From Nitrospirota bacterium (GTDB taxonomy: Bacteria > Nitrospirota > Thermodesulfovibrionia > Thermodesulfovibrionales > Dissulfurispiraceae): a stretch of DNA of 64,000 nt. Each line of letters begins with the position of its first letter. The first letter of the stretch is position 1. Location: positions 1 to 64,000 of the forward strand of contig JBFLWF010000004.1 of the NCBI GenBank assembly GCA_040758355.1, written 5' to 3'. Under the pieces are notes generated by a model. It saw only the letters and a list, made by a program, of their open reading frames with translations. It had not been told where the DNA came from and searched no databases. The position numbers and the translations under genes were made by a program. Positions 1 through 10,199 of the stretch are shown piece by piece.

Positions 1-453
1 ATGTTCGGAAAGGAGGTGAAGCTCGATAGAAAGGTACTGTTTCAGGGAATCAAAGAGCCCCCTGATGACATAAGGGCATATCTGAAGACAGAAGACAGGA
101 TATACTGCATCCTGAGCAAGAGGATCGTTGACAAAAAGACGGCATACATAGAAGAGGCATTTATTCCTTACCAGATGCTGCCCTACATAGAAAAGTTAGA
201 TATTACCCACAGCTCGCTGTATTCGGTCCTTCAGGAAAAGGGCACAAAAAAGATATTCAAGATGATACAGACGATCGAGATTTCGCAGGCAACAGGAGAG
301 GCTGCAAAGAATTTAGGCATAGAAGAAGGGGTTCCTGTACTGGTTGTACACCGGCTTTTCTTTAGCTCGGATAATACGCCGGTGGCTTACACTAAGATTC
401 AGGGCAGGAGCGACAGGTATAAATTCCAGACAGAGTTTGAAAGGATTCGATGA
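1..453 (+). CDS. GntR/HutC-family regulator, C-terminal UTRA domain (probably 5'-truncated by window edge)
   Basis: UTRA-like motifs (SLYSVL, QTIE, A..LGIEEG.PVL...R, GRSDRYKF); no HTH in window. Confidence 0.8.
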   Translation: MFGKEVKLDRKVLFQGIKEPPDDIRAYLKTEDRIYCILSKRIVDKKTAYIEEAFIPYQMLPYIEKLDITHSSLYSVLQEKGTKKIFKMIQTIEISQATGEAAKNLGIEEGVPVLVVHRLFFSSDNTPVAYTKIQGRSDRYKFQTEFERIR

Positions 454-468
454 AAGGAGGGTTTTATA

Positions 469-981
469 ATGAATGGTAAACTGGTCAAGGAAATATTGGT
501 TCCTATCTCTGATTATCCTAACATCGGAGATGGCGCATCTGTGAAGGATGCATTCCTTATTCTTAAAAATAATTTCGAAAAGGGTAAAGGATACCGAAGT
601 ATTCTCGTCCTAAACGAAAGGAATCAGTTGAAGGGTGTCCTGTCCCTTGCAGACCTGATCAAAGCCGTTGAGCCTCAGTTTCTGAAGGTTACAAAGCCGG
701 ATGCCTATCAGGGAATCTCCGTGGGATATCCTGCTTTATCCCTTATCTGGCAGGAACTTTTTTCTGAAGAATGCAAAGAAGAAGCTAAGAAAGCTGTTAA
801 AGAAGTTATGGCCCCGGTTCAGGCTACCGTTACTCTGGAGGATCCAATTGCAAAGGCCGCATATCTGCTGATAATGACCAATTCCCGTATCCTGCCGGTT
901 CTCGATAAGGATAAAGTGATCGGGGTGGTGCGGCTGGTTGATGTATTTAAGGAGATTACCGATGTGGTTCTTCAAAGTTGA
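469..981 (+). CDS. CBS-domain pair protein
   Basis: Two CBS repeats (ILVLNERNQLKGVLSLADL; LPVLDKDKVIGVVRLVDV); RBS aggagg. Confidence 0.85.
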   Translation: MNGKLVKEILVPISDYPNIGDGASVKDAFLILKNNFEKGKGYRSILVLNERNQLKGVLSLADLIKAVEPQFLKVTKPDAYQGISVGYPALSLIWQELFSEECKEEAKKAVKEVMAPVQATVTLEDPIAKAAYLLIMTNSRILPVLDKDKVIGVVRLVDVFKEITDVVLQS

Positions 982-1013
982 TTTGCAAAATATAATTTTG
1001 ACGGAGGCTAAAA

Positions 1014-2498
1014 ATGGCAGGCGAAACAGAGGTGATAAAAATGACACCGGAAAAACCTAAGTTTGACTGGAGGCGTGTATTTTTTATTCTCCTGGGATTG
1101 GGTCTTTTCCTTTTTATTTATTTCATGCCCCAATGGAAGGAGGCTGTTGATCCAACAGGAAAGGCATTTCCTTTATCAACAGAAGGCAAAGGGGCTATTG
1201 CCCTGTTTTTACTGGCGGGCATATGGTGGGTTTTTGAGGTTTTGCCGATAGGTGTTACAGCCATTGCCATAGGTGTGTTTCAGGCGTTATTTTCTATCCG
1301 CCCCGCCAAGGAAGCATTCAGGGACTTTATGGATCCATCTGTTATGTTTATCTTCGGTTCCGTTGTAATCGGTCTCGCCTTTACAAAATCAGGTTTAACA
1401 AAACGAATTGCATACAAAATGCTTGAGGTAGTCGGTGAAAAGACGAGCATGATACTTCTTGGCTGCCTTGTTGTTACAGCAGGGCTTGCACATTTTATGG
1501 CGCATACAGCAGCGGCGGCAACTGTATTCCCCATCCTTTTAGCAATTTATGCCCTTTATGGAGAGGGTGATAAGCAATCAAAATTCGGAAAGGCTTTATT
1601 TATCGGCATGGCATATGCAGCCGGCGCCGGTAGTATTGTCACCTTTTTGGGAGCCGCACGCGGCCCTGCAGCAGCAGGTATGTTCAAGGAATTTACAGGA
1701 AGGGATGTAGGATTTTTTGAACTTACAAAATACATGTTCCTTGTGGGCTGGGTTATGGTCCTTCTGATATGGGGCTATCTGATGATATTCCTGAAGCCTG
1801 AAAAGAATGTTATACATGGCCTGAAAGACAAGGTTAAACGTCTCTCAAAGGAATTAGGACCGATGAGCTTCAATGAGAAATTCGTTATTGTTGCCGTTAT
1901 ACTGGTTGTTATCGTTATGGCAATGCAGTCATTCGTCCCGGCTCTTAAGCCTCTCGACAGGGCAGCCATAATGCTTGTATCCACGCTCCTGTTTTTTATA
2001 TTCAAAGTGCTTACAGTGAAAGAGCTTGAGGAAATTCCGTGGAACATCATACTTCTTTTCAGCGGCGCGATGAGCATCGGCTTCTGTCTGTGGAAGACAG
2101 GTGCAGCGCAGTGGATGGCTGTTAACTGGCTTGTAATGTTCCAGAAGGCGCACTGGATGGTATTTGTCCTGAGTATAGCAAGTTTTGTCTTGATTATGAC
2201 CAACTTTATTATGAATGTCGCTGCAATAGCTATAGCTCTGCCAGTTTCTCTTGTTGTAGCAGGGTATCTCGGGGTCGCACCCGATGTTATATTTTACTCA
2301 TCTCTTGTAACAGCGGGTATGCCTTTCTTGCTGTTAATTGGCGCTGCGCCCAATGCCATTGCGTATGAGTCAAAACAGTTTGCCACTGGTGAGTTCTTTA
2401 AGCACGGAATTCCAATGAGCATAATTCTTATTGCGGTTTTAGCCATAGCCATTATTACCATATGGCCTGTAACGGGAATGCCGATACAGGGGAAGTAA
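1014..2498 (+). CDS. DASS/SLC13 family Na+/anion (sulfate/dicarboxylate) symporter
   Basis: Multi-TM; WWVFEVLP, FMAHTAAAA, IPWNIILLFSG, AAPNAIAY motifs. Confidence 0.85.
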   Translation: MAGETEVIKMTPEKPKFDWRRVFFILLGLGLFLFIYFMPQWKEAVDPTGKAFPLSTEGKGAIALFLLAGIWWVFEVLPIGVTAIAIGVFQALFSIRPAKEAFRDFMDPSVMFIFGSVVIGLAFTKSGLTKRIAYKMLEVVGEKTSMILLGCLVVTAGLAHFMAHTAAAATVFPILLAIYALYGEGDKQSKFGKALFIGMAYAAGAGSIVTFLGAARGPAAAGMFKEFTGRDVGFFELTKYMFLVGWVMVLLIWGYLMIFLKPEKNVIHGLKDKVKRLSKELGPMSFNEKFVIVAVILVVIVMAMQSFVPALKPLDRAAIMLVSTLLFFIFKVLTVKELEEIPWNIILLFSGAMSIGFCLWKTGAAQWMAVNWLVMFQKAHWMVFVLSIASFVLIMTNFIMNVAAIAIALPVSLVVAGYLGVAPDVIFYSSLVTAGMPFLLLIGAAPNAIAYESKQFATGEFFKHGIPMSIILIAVLAIAIITIWPVTGMPIQGK

Positions 2499-2508
2499 CG
2501 GAGGTTTT

Positions 2509-3222
2509 ATGGGATTTGACGATGTGCTGAGCAAATTATTCGGCAGCTACTATACAGAAGCCGATTTTGTGGAAAAGACATATGCTGAGTTGAGCAAATT
2601 CGGTTTCAGTGCTGACAATGCCATCGCCTGCGTGAGTGTCTGCAGGGACGAGATTACACAACCCTTAATTGCATTGATAAGAGAAAAATGGGGAGAGGCA
2701 TTTAATCTCTCAAGCCTTGCCGGCATGTTCTTTGCCGGACAGACCGGATTAGCTGCGGCAATGCACCACTCGCCGAACATCGGAGGTAAGGAACGGTATG
2801 TATTTTATTCCCTGCCTCATATAGCTATAGATGCCGATGGACGCATAGGAGTTTGTAAAAGAATTGGCAGGCAGGGAGAGTCTACAGCATGCGGCGCACT
2901 TGTCGCATTCCAGAAGGAGCTTTCAGAGGGTAAGTTGAACCTTTCCATGGACGACGTAGACATCGAGCAGAATCTTCTTAAGAGGAGGCTTTTAAGGGAG
3001 ATACCTTACGGTCATGTCCCTGACCTGCTTGAATTGACGAAGATAACACAGAAGGTTGTCCAGAAGGATATAGAATATGCCCTGAACACAATAGTTGACA
3101 GGAGGAAAAGCGATTATGCGGTGATTTCAGGCATCCAGATACACGGGCCTGAGCGCAATTATGTCTGGATCGCCTCATGCTATGCTGTGGTAAATGAGGT
3201 AATGGAGAAGATAGAAATATAA
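2509..3222 (+). CDS. LCIB/LCIC-like beta-carbonic anhydrase homolog
   Basis: CRDE, PHIAI, ACGAL and GIQIHGP motifs of the LCIB family (Cys/His/Cys Zn ligands). Confidence 0.75.
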   Translation: MGFDDVLSKLFGSYYTEADFVEKTYAELSKFGFSADNAIACVSVCRDEITQPLIALIREKWGEAFNLSSLAGMFFAGQTGLAAAMHHSPNIGGKERYVFYSLPHIAIDADGRIGVCKRIGRQGESTACGALVAFQKELSEGKLNLSMDDVDIEQNLLKRRLLREIPYGHVPDLLELTKITQKVVQKDIEYALNTIVDRRKSDYAVISGIQIHGPERNYVWIASCYAVVNEVMEKIEI

Positions 3223-3230
3223 AACCAAGA

Positions 3231-3731
3231 ATGGAGGAAATCATGAAGGCAAAGGATTTGATGATTCCGATTCAGGATTATTTACGGCCTGACAATACTT
3301 TGAAGGAGGCTGTCAATCTGCTGAAGACTGCAAAGAGGGGAGAAGAGAGGATTGGAGTTAAGGGATTGCCGGTGCTCGATGAAAAGGGCAAACTTGTAGG
3401 AATGCTTTCAATGAGGGACATTCTAAAGGTTGTCTTCCCTTTTTACATGACGATGATGGATCTGGGGGATTTTACATGGGACGGCATGGTAGAGGCGATT
3501 GCAAAGAAATCATCTGACAGAAAAGTAAGCGAGATAATGAGTAAAGTGGTTATAACAGTTAATGGAGATGCTTCTTTGATGGAATGCGTTGACCACATGA
3601 TAAAACACAATATAAAGAGACTCCCCGTGACCGATCCTTCAGGCAGGGTAATCGGGATGATATATGAAAGGGATGTGTTTTTTGCAATAACAAAGGCAAT
3701 GCTCGAGGAAAACAATGGAGGCAGCAAATGA
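3231..3731 (+). CDS. CBS-domain pair protein
   Basis: LPVLDEKGKLVGMLSMRDIL; IKRLPVTD..GRVIGMI. Confidence 0.85.
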   Translation: MEEIMKAKDLMIPIQDYLRPDNTLKEAVNLLKTAKRGEERIGVKGLPVLDEKGKLVGMLSMRDILKVVFPFYMTMMDLGDFTWDGMVEAIAKKSSDRKVSEIMSKVVITVNGDASLMECVDHMIKHNIKRLPVTDPSGRVIGMIYERDVFFAITKAMLEENNGGSK

Positions 3732-5098
3732 GCCCTGAAACAGCAACTGCATCTCAGCCATTTGTCATGGATACGGCCTTCTGGACTGCCACGACAATAT
3801 TTTTATTAGCCTATGCGGTAATAGTATCCGAGAAGATACATAAAACAATAGTCGCCGTCTTTGGCGCCGGATTAATGCTCGTCTTAAAGATACTTCATCA
3901 ACACGAGGCATTCCATATCGAAGAATTCGGCATAGACTGGAATGTCATATTCCTTCTCATCTCCATGATGGTGATAATCAATCTCATGCGTCCAACAGGA
4001 GTATTTGAGTATATTGCGATTAAGAGCGCAAAATGGGGCAAAGGCGAGCCTTTCAGGATAATGGCCATTTTTGCCGTTGTTACCGCAGTTTTAAGTGCAT
4101 TTTTAGATAATGTTACAACGGTTCTGCTTATCACACCGGTAACGCTTCTTATAGCGGATGCCCTCGAAGTAGACCCTATACCATATCTCATTTCATGCGC
4201 CCTGGCATCAAATATTGGAGGCACTGCAACTCTTATCGGCGACCCGCCGAACATCATGATAGCATCAAAGGCACAACTGAACTTCATGGACTTTATTTAC
4301 CACCTTGCTCCAATTGTGGTTGTTATGATGGCCTTCTATATCTTTGCGATAAAGCTCATATGGGGCAGGAAGATGAATACAAGGGAGGAACTAAAAAAGA
4401 GGATAATGGCAATGGATGAGAATGAGGCGATAAAAGACCCTGTAATGCTCAAAAAGTCTCTCTTTGTCCTCGCTGTTGTATTGACAGGTTTTGTCTTTCA
4501 CGGTGTCCTTCATTTCCAGCCTGCAACTATCGCTCTTTTCGGAGCGGGTCTTTTGCTGCTTCTTTCAAAGACTCACGAACCACATCACATATTGGCAGAA
4601 GTTGAGTGGCCTACGATTTTCTTCTTCATGGGGCTTTTCATAATAGTTGGCGGCGTTGTAAAGGTGGGACTCATAAAATGGATGTCCTTGCAGATACTCG
4701 ATTTAACGCAGGGCAACCTCTTTGCAACCTCGATGGTAATCATGTGGTTCTCTGCATTTGCATCTGCAATAGTTGACAATATCCCGTATGTTGCGACCAT
4801 GAATCCGTTGGTGATCGATATGGCAAAACAGCTCTGGCCGAATTTATCCGGCATCCAGCTTTTACAGCATCCTGATCTGATGCCCATCTGGTGGTCGCTG
4901 GCTCTCGGCGCGTGCCTTGGAGGCAACGGTTCAGCAATCGGAGCATCTGCAAACGTAATCGTCGTAGGCATGTCCGAAAAGGCGGGCAGGAAAATATCGT
5001 TCATGAAATTCATGGCATACGGAATGCCAATAATGATTATGACCGTAATAGTGTCAACAATATATGTATGGCTCAGGTATTATGTGATGAAGATATAG
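3728..5098 (+). CDS. ArsB/NhaD (P-protein-like) ion transporter
   Basis: SAFLDNVTTVLL, SNIGGTATLIGDPPN, IVDNIPY, GACLGGNG motifs. Confidence 0.85.
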   Translation: MSPETATASQPFVMDTAFWTATTIFLLAYAVIVSEKIHKTIVAVFGAGLMLVLKILHQHEAFHIEEFGIDWNVIFLLISMMVIINLMRPTGVFEYIAIKSAKWGKGEPFRIMAIFAVVTAVLSAFLDNVTTVLLITPVTLLIADALEVDPIPYLISCALASNIGGTATLIGDPPNIMIASKAQLNFMDFIYHLAPIVVVMMAFYIFAIKLIWGRKMNTREELKKRIMAMDENEAIKDPVMLKKSLFVLAVVLTGFVFHGVLHFQPATIALFGAGLLLLLSKTHEPHHILAEVEWPTIFFFMGLFIIVGGVVKVGLIKWMSLQILDLTQGNLFATSMVIMWFSAFASAIVDNIPYVATMNPLVIDMAKQLWPNLSGIQLLQHPDLMPIWWSLALGACLGGNGSAIGASANVIVVGMSEKAGRKISFMKFMAYGMPIMIMTVIVSTIYVWLRYYVMKI

Positions 5099-5231
5099 CA
5101 AATTATTCTTTCCGCAATTCCGGCAATTGGAATTTCGCGATTTGGCAAAGATGTTTAATACATCCCGATTTTATCGGGTTCATCTTAGGTGGAGACTGTC
5201 AGAAAGGAAAAGATAAAGGAGGATTCAACTT

Positions 5232-6512
5232 ATGATGACCATGGTCGCAGTTGTATTTGTGCTCGCATATTCAATGATCGCGCTCGAACACCCGCTTAGA
5301 ATCAACAAGTCCGCCACAGCCCTGCTTGCTGCAGGTTTGATGTGGACACTATACTCGCTCGCCAGCCCGCTCGGAGTCGAAACTGTAAGCCATCAGCTCA
5401 CAGAAAAGCTTGCGGAAACAGCGGCAATAGTATTTTTCCTCATCTGTGCCATGACTATTGTCGAGGTGACAGATTCGCACGGAGGTTTTGAGGTCATCAC
5501 ATCCCGCATTAAGGCAAAGAAGCTTTCGAGCCTCCTCTGGATTATCGGCTTCATTACCTTTTATCTGTCATCAATTCTTGACAACATGACCACTACCATC
5601 GTGATGGTCGCTCTTATGAAACGCCTTCTCAAGGATCATAAACAAAGGCTTTTCTTTGCGGGTATTATTGTTATTGCAGCAAATGCGGGCGGCGCATGGT
5701 CGCCTATCGGCGATGTCACGACTACAATGCTCTGGATCGGCGGACAGATTACAACACTTAATATTATGAAGACTACATGGATTGCTTCCATGGTTAATCT
5801 GCTCGTTCCTCTTGTCATAGCCTCTTTTATGCTCAAGGGCGATGTTGTGCCTCCTGACAAAGTTGAAAGCGGTGCCACGAATACCTCCCAGTTCGAAAAG
5901 AACCTGATGTTCTTTATGGGCATGGGATCTCTGATCTTTGTTCCAATCTTCAAGGCTGTTACGCATCTGCCTCCTTACCTCGGCATTTTGTTTGCCCTCG
6001 GCATACTCTGGCTGACAGGCAATATACTACACAGGGAAAAACCCGCAGAAGCTAAGGAACACCTTACTTTGACAAAAGCGCTAAGGCGCATTGATATGGC
6101 ATCGGTAGTCTTCTTTATCGGCATCTTGCTCGCCGTGGCTACTCTTTCCGCAAACGGCATGCTCCCAGCATTGGCACATTGGCTTGATGCCAAACTCGGC
6201 AGCCAGTCTCTGATAGTCATTATCATAGGCCTTGTTTCAGCTATTGTGGACAATATTCCTCTGGTAGCGGCTTCGATGGGCATGTATCCGCTTGCCCAGT
6301 TCCCGCCGGATTCTTTTATTTGGGAGTTCATGGCATACTGCGCAGGCACAGGCGGCTCCATCCTGATAATCGGTTCTGCTGCGGGTGTGGCTGCAATGGG
6401 ACTGGAGAAGATCGAGTTTTTCTGGTATGCCAAGCGAATCGGGCCGCTTGCCTTTATCGGGTATTTCGCCGGTGTGGCAGCCTACATAATACAGTACAAT
6501 CTGCTGCACTGA
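5232..6512 (+). CDS. nhaD: Na+/H+ antiporter NhaD
   Basis: INKSA, LDNMTTTIVM, ANAGGAWSPIGDVTT, AGTGGSILIIGSAAG motifs. Confidence 0.88.
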   Translation: MMTMVAVVFVLAYSMIALEHPLRINKSATALLAAGLMWTLYSLASPLGVETVSHQLTEKLAETAAIVFFLICAMTIVEVTDSHGGFEVITSRIKAKKLSSLLWIIGFITFYLSSILDNMTTTIVMVALMKRLLKDHKQRLFFAGIIVIAANAGGAWSPIGDVTTTMLWIGGQITTLNIMKTTWIASMVNLLVPLVIASFMLKGDVVPPDKVESGATNTSQFEKNLMFFMGMGSLIFVPIFKAVTHLPPYLGILFALGILWLTGNILHREKPAEAKEHLTLTKALRRIDMASVVFFIGILLAVATLSANGMLPALAHWLDAKLGSQSLIVIIIGLVSAIVDNIPLVAASMGMYPLAQFPPDSFIWEFMAYCAGTGGSILIIGSAAGVAAMGLEKIEFFWYAKRIGPLAFIGYFAGVAAYIIQYNLLH

Positions 6513-6525
6513 AACTCGAATCCAC

Positions 6526-6585
6526 GGGGACAGTCCCGATTCTACGACTTAGCTTCGCTCAGTCCGTAAATCTGGGACAGTCCCC
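6526..6585. repeat. REP-like element with two GGGACAGTCCC palindromes
   Basis: GGGACAGTCCC at 6527-6537 and 6574-6584, intergenic. Confidence 0.6.
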
Positions 6586-6667
6586 TATGTCTATGCTGAA
6601 GGCTGACGGCTGATTGATTGCTGTTGTTGCCATTTTAAATTATGTGGTATAGACTAAAATTACCATT

Positions 6668-8104
6668 ATGAAGATCAGGGACAAACTCTTTTTAGGTTTC
6701 GGCCTTTACATATTCCTCGCTGCGGTGCTCGGCTTTTTCGCATACAAAGAGATGCAGACGATCACTACACGACTGTCTCTCGTAGAGACAGCAGACGATA
6801 TAGCCAACAGCTTCCTCGAGGTGAGGAGGTACGAGAAGAATTTTCTGTTATTCAGGGACGAAGACAGCCTGCTGGAGCTTAAAAAAAACCTCGACCAGTT
6901 CAAAGACAATATCGATGAAATCAGGACAGAGATAGTCAAGGAGATGGGCCATGATAATTACCGGATGATAAAGAAGGCAATCGCCGAATATGAATACCTT
7001 GTCAACAGGATTAATGAAGAGGGATCGATTGATAAAATGAGGGCAATGGCAAGGGATATACAGACATTTGCCGAAGACCTGTCGATGAAGGAGAGGGCGG
7101 ATATAAACGCCTTGATGGCAAGGTCCAAGATACTGCTTCTATTTGCGATGCTTGTAATTTTAACAGCCGGCACTGCCATAAACATGAAGCTTGCTGTCAG
7201 CATTGCCAATCCAATAAGAAATCTCGAAAAGATAACGAAGAGGGTCGCAGATGGAGACTTCTCGGGTCGAATAGATGTTAAGGGAAGGGATGAACTCTCT
7301 ACACTCGGCGCATCCTTTAACCAGATGCAGGAGAGGCTTCAGGATACGATGAGGTCTCTCGAGCTCGCAATCAGGAGATTGCACGAAAAGCAGGAGCAGC
7401 TTGTGGAGGCTGAGAAACTTGCCTCTCTCGGCAGGATTGCCGCTGGTGTTGCACATGAGATCAATAACCCTCTTGCGATAGTCAATGAAAAGGCAGGGCT
7501 GATGCAGGACATTCTGGAGATGTCCGGGGATTTCGAGAACAAGGAGAAGTTTTCGAACTTAATAAACGGGATTATCGGCAGTGTCAACCGCTGCCGTGCC
7601 ATTACCCATCGCCTCCTCGGATTTTCCCGCAAAATGGATGTGACCATCGGGCCTATGGATTTGAACGAGAGCATTAAAGAGGTGAAAGGGTTCCTCGAAA
7701 AGGACATTTTGCTCAGAGGCATCAGGTTGCAGATGGACCTTATGGAGGGGCTTCCAGAAATCAACAGCGACAGGGGACAGCTTGAGCAGGTCTTTCTGAA
7801 CATTATGAAAAACGCCATCGATGCAGTTGAAGAAGGCGGCCTGATAGCGGTTTCGACAGGGATGAAGGACGAAGATACTGTTCGGGTTTCCATCAGGGAC
7901 AACGGTCCCGGAATACCAAAGGATAAACTGAAACAGATATTCGAGCCTTTTTTTACGACAAAGGGGAGGGAAAAGGGAACAGGTCTCGGGCTCTTTGTAT
8001 CATACGGGATTATGAAAAAATTAGGGGGGAGCATAATTGTAGAGAGCGAGGTCGATAAAGGCACGACTTTTATTGTTGAAATCCCGGTGAGCTTTGGAGT
8101 ATAA
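6668..8104 (+). CDS. Membrane HAMP sensor histidine kinase
   Basis: 2 TM, HAMP, H-box AHEINNP, N-box, DNGPG, FEPFFTT, GTGLGL. Confidence 0.92.
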   Translation: MKIRDKLFLGFGLYIFLAAVLGFFAYKEMQTITTRLSLVETADDIANSFLEVRRYEKNFLLFRDEDSLLELKKNLDQFKDNIDEIRTEIVKEMGHDNYRMIKKAIAEYEYLVNRINEEGSIDKMRAMARDIQTFAEDLSMKERADINALMARSKILLLFAMLVILTAGTAINMKLAVSIANPIRNLEKITKRVADGDFSGRIDVKGRDELSTLGASFNQMQERLQDTMRSLELAIRRLHEKQEQLVEAEKLASLGRIAAGVAHEINNPLAIVNEKAGLMQDILEMSGDFENKEKFSNLINGIIGSVNRCRAITHRLLGFSRKMDVTIGPMDLNESIKEVKGFLEKDILLRGIRLQMDLMEGLPEINSDRGQLEQVFLNIMKNAIDAVEEGGLIAVSTGMKDEDTVRVSIRDNGPGIPKDKLKQIFEPFFTTKGREKGTGLGLFVSYGIMKKLGGSIIVESEVDKGTTFIVEIPVSFGV

Positions 8105-8116
8105 AAGGGGGCGGTA

Positions 8117-8491
8117 GTGAATAAGACAAAAGTGCTTGTTGTGGACGACGAGGTTGAATTTGCATCAACGCTTGCCGAGAGGCTACAGTTGAGAGGCTAT
8201 GATGCAAAGTCCGTATACTGCGCTGAAGACACATTCGCTGTCGTAAAGAGCGAGCCGCCGGATGTGATACTCCTCGACCTGAAGATGCCGGGCATGAGCG
8301 GCATAGAGATACTAATGACTGTCAGGACATTTGCCCCTGATATTTATGTTATTTTACTGACAGGACATATGGATGTAGAGAAAGAGATCGAGGGGATAAG
8401 CCTCGATAACTTCGATTATATTATGAAGCCAGTAGATATCAAAGAGCTGATACAGAAGATAGAAGATGCGGTGAGACAGAGAAAAGACTAA
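8117..8491 (+). CDS. Single-domain response regulator
   Basis: VDDE, DLKMP, TG, KP receiver motifs. Confidence 0.9.
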   Translation: MNKTKVLVVDDEVEFASTLAERLQLRGYDAKSVYCAEDTFAVVKSEPPDVILLDLKMPGMSGIEILMTVRTFAPDIYVILLTGHMDVEKEIEGISLDNFDYIMKPVDIKELIQKIEDAVRQRKD

Positions 8492-8501
8492 AGAGGTTGT
8501 C

Positions 8502-9176
8502 ATGGAACACGAGAAAGAGGAAATGCTCAGGTTGCATCAATTGCAGTTTATAGGAAAGGTTTTATCGGTATTTACCCACGAGCTTAACAACCACCTCGCA
8601 ATTATTAAGGAGTCTGCGGGTTTAGTGGAAGACACCTTAAGGTTTCAGAAGTCATCCGCTAAATATGATATAGAGGAGAGCCTGAAGATCATTCAATCTA
8701 TAGAGAACCAGATCGGAAAGACCTCCTGGATTTCAAAGGAGCTCAACAGCTTCGGCCACAGAATGGACAAGCCTCTCTCCATGTTCAGCGTAAACGAAAG
8801 CATAGAGGAACTCCTTATACTGTTAAGCAGGGTCGCAAACCAGAAAAAGGTGAGCTTTGAAAAGGATTTTCAGGAAGGCATCCCTATGACCTGCAGCGAT
8901 CCCGCGAAGCTGCAATTTGCGGTCTTCTGCCTTATTGACAAAAACCTGAAGATGCTCGATAAAGACAGCAGTATTGTTTTGAAGACCGCACATTCTCATG
9001 GTTCGATAAAAATAGGCATCATCCCAAAAGGGAATTTTGTAGAGTCAGCAGAAGAAGAGACCTGTTCTGAAGGGGTCGTTGAATATGTCGTAGAGCAGTT
9101 GGGTGGAAGTATTGCGAAAAATGCAGAGGACAAAGGCATAACCATTACGCTTCCTGTACAGGGAGCGACTGTATAA
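8502..9176 (+). CDS. Histidine-kinase-like protein with degenerate ATPase domain (possible phosphotransferase)
   Basis: H-box THELNNH present; N-box and G-boxes not recognisable. Confidence 0.65.
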   Translation: MEHEKEEMLRLHQLQFIGKVLSVFTHELNNHLAIIKESAGLVEDTLRFQKSSAKYDIEESLKIIQSIENQIGKTSWISKELNSFGHRMDKPLSMFSVNESIEELLILLSRVANQKKVSFEKDFQEGIPMTCSDPAKLQFAVFCLIDKNLKMLDKDSSIVLKTAHSHGSIKIGIIPKGNFVESAEEETCSEGVVEYVVEQLGGSIAKNAEDKGITITLPVQGATV

Positions 9177-9231
9177 GGTTGAGTTTCATAACAGATATAG
9201 ATTATAATGAATCTTTTTAAGGAGGGGGCTC

Positions 9232-9690
9232 ATGAAGAAAAAGAAGGAGATAAAAGTCTTACTGGTTGACGACGAAGTGGATTTTGTCGATACCCTCGCG
9301 CAGAGACTCAAAATGCGTGAGCTGCTGGTGGATACGGTTTATGACGGAGAGCAGGCGCTCTCTTTTATCAAGAAAATCGAACCTGACGTAATAGTGCTTG
9401 ACTTAAAGATGCCCGGCCTGCACGGTATCGAGGTCCTCAGGGAGATAAAGAGATCGTCCCCTCAGATACAGGTCATTATCCTTACAGGGCATGGCACAGA
9501 AAAAGACGAAGAAGAAGCAAGGAGGCTCGGCGGGTTCGACTTCCTCAGAAAACCCGCTGACATAGACCTTCTTGTCGCAAAGATTAAAGAGGCATTCATG
9601 GAAAAGGTTGAGAGGGCTATGACGGCGGTTGCATTTGCCGAGGAAGGGGATCTGGACAGGGCTCAAAAAATAATAAAAAAGGAAGAGTAA
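9232..9690 (+). CDS. Response regulator receiver protein
   Basis: VDDE, DLKMP, TGHG, KP; C-terminal AVAFAEEG tail. Confidence 0.9.
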   Translation: MKKKKEIKVLLVDDEVDFVDTLAQRLKMRELLVDTVYDGEQALSFIKKIEPDVIVLDLKMPGLHGIEVLREIKRSSPQIQVIILTGHGTEKDEEEARRLGGFDFLRKPADIDLLVAKIKEAFMEKVERAMTAVAFAEEGDLDRAQKIIKKEE

Positions 9691-9716
9691 AGGCAAAACA
9701 GAAAGGAGGTTGCATT

Positions 9717-10157
9717 ATGTCTGAAGAGCTTAAAGCCAATGTCCTCGTGGTGGATGACGAAGAGCAGTTTCTCGATGTGTTTTCCAAGAGACTGGAGGGA
9801 CGCGGACTCAAGATTGATACTGCTACAAGCGGCGAGGAAGCTGTAAAGCATGCGAAGGAGAGGGATTTCGACGCAATTGTGCTTGACCTCGTAATGCCCG
9901 GAATGGGCGGCATAGAGACTCTGAAGCGCCTGAGGGAAGAGAACCCGGATCTCCAGATAATAGTCCTCACAGGGCATGCCACGGTAGAAAAAGGCGTTGA
10001 GGCCATCAAGGCCGGGGCAGTGGACTTTATGGAGAAGCCTGTGGATATTAATAAATTAATGGAGAAGATAGGAGAGGCAGCTCACAAAAAAATACTTATA
10101 GTCGAGAAAAAGGCAGAGGAGCATGTAAAAGATATTCTTCAGAGTAAGGGCTGGTAA
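9717..10157 (+). CDS. Response regulator receiver protein
   Basis: VDDE, DLVMP, TGH, KP. Confidence 0.9.
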   Translation: MSEELKANVLVVDDEEQFLDVFSKRLEGRGLKIDTATSGEEAVKHAKERDFDAIVLDLVMPGMGGIETLKRLREENPDLQIIVLTGHATVEKGVEAIKAGAVDFMEKPVDINKLMEKIGEAAHKKILIVEKKAEEHVKDILQSKGW

Positions 10158-10199
10158 TTTTTTCGACTATTTAACTTTTCTAAACAGGAGGCATTCAAA

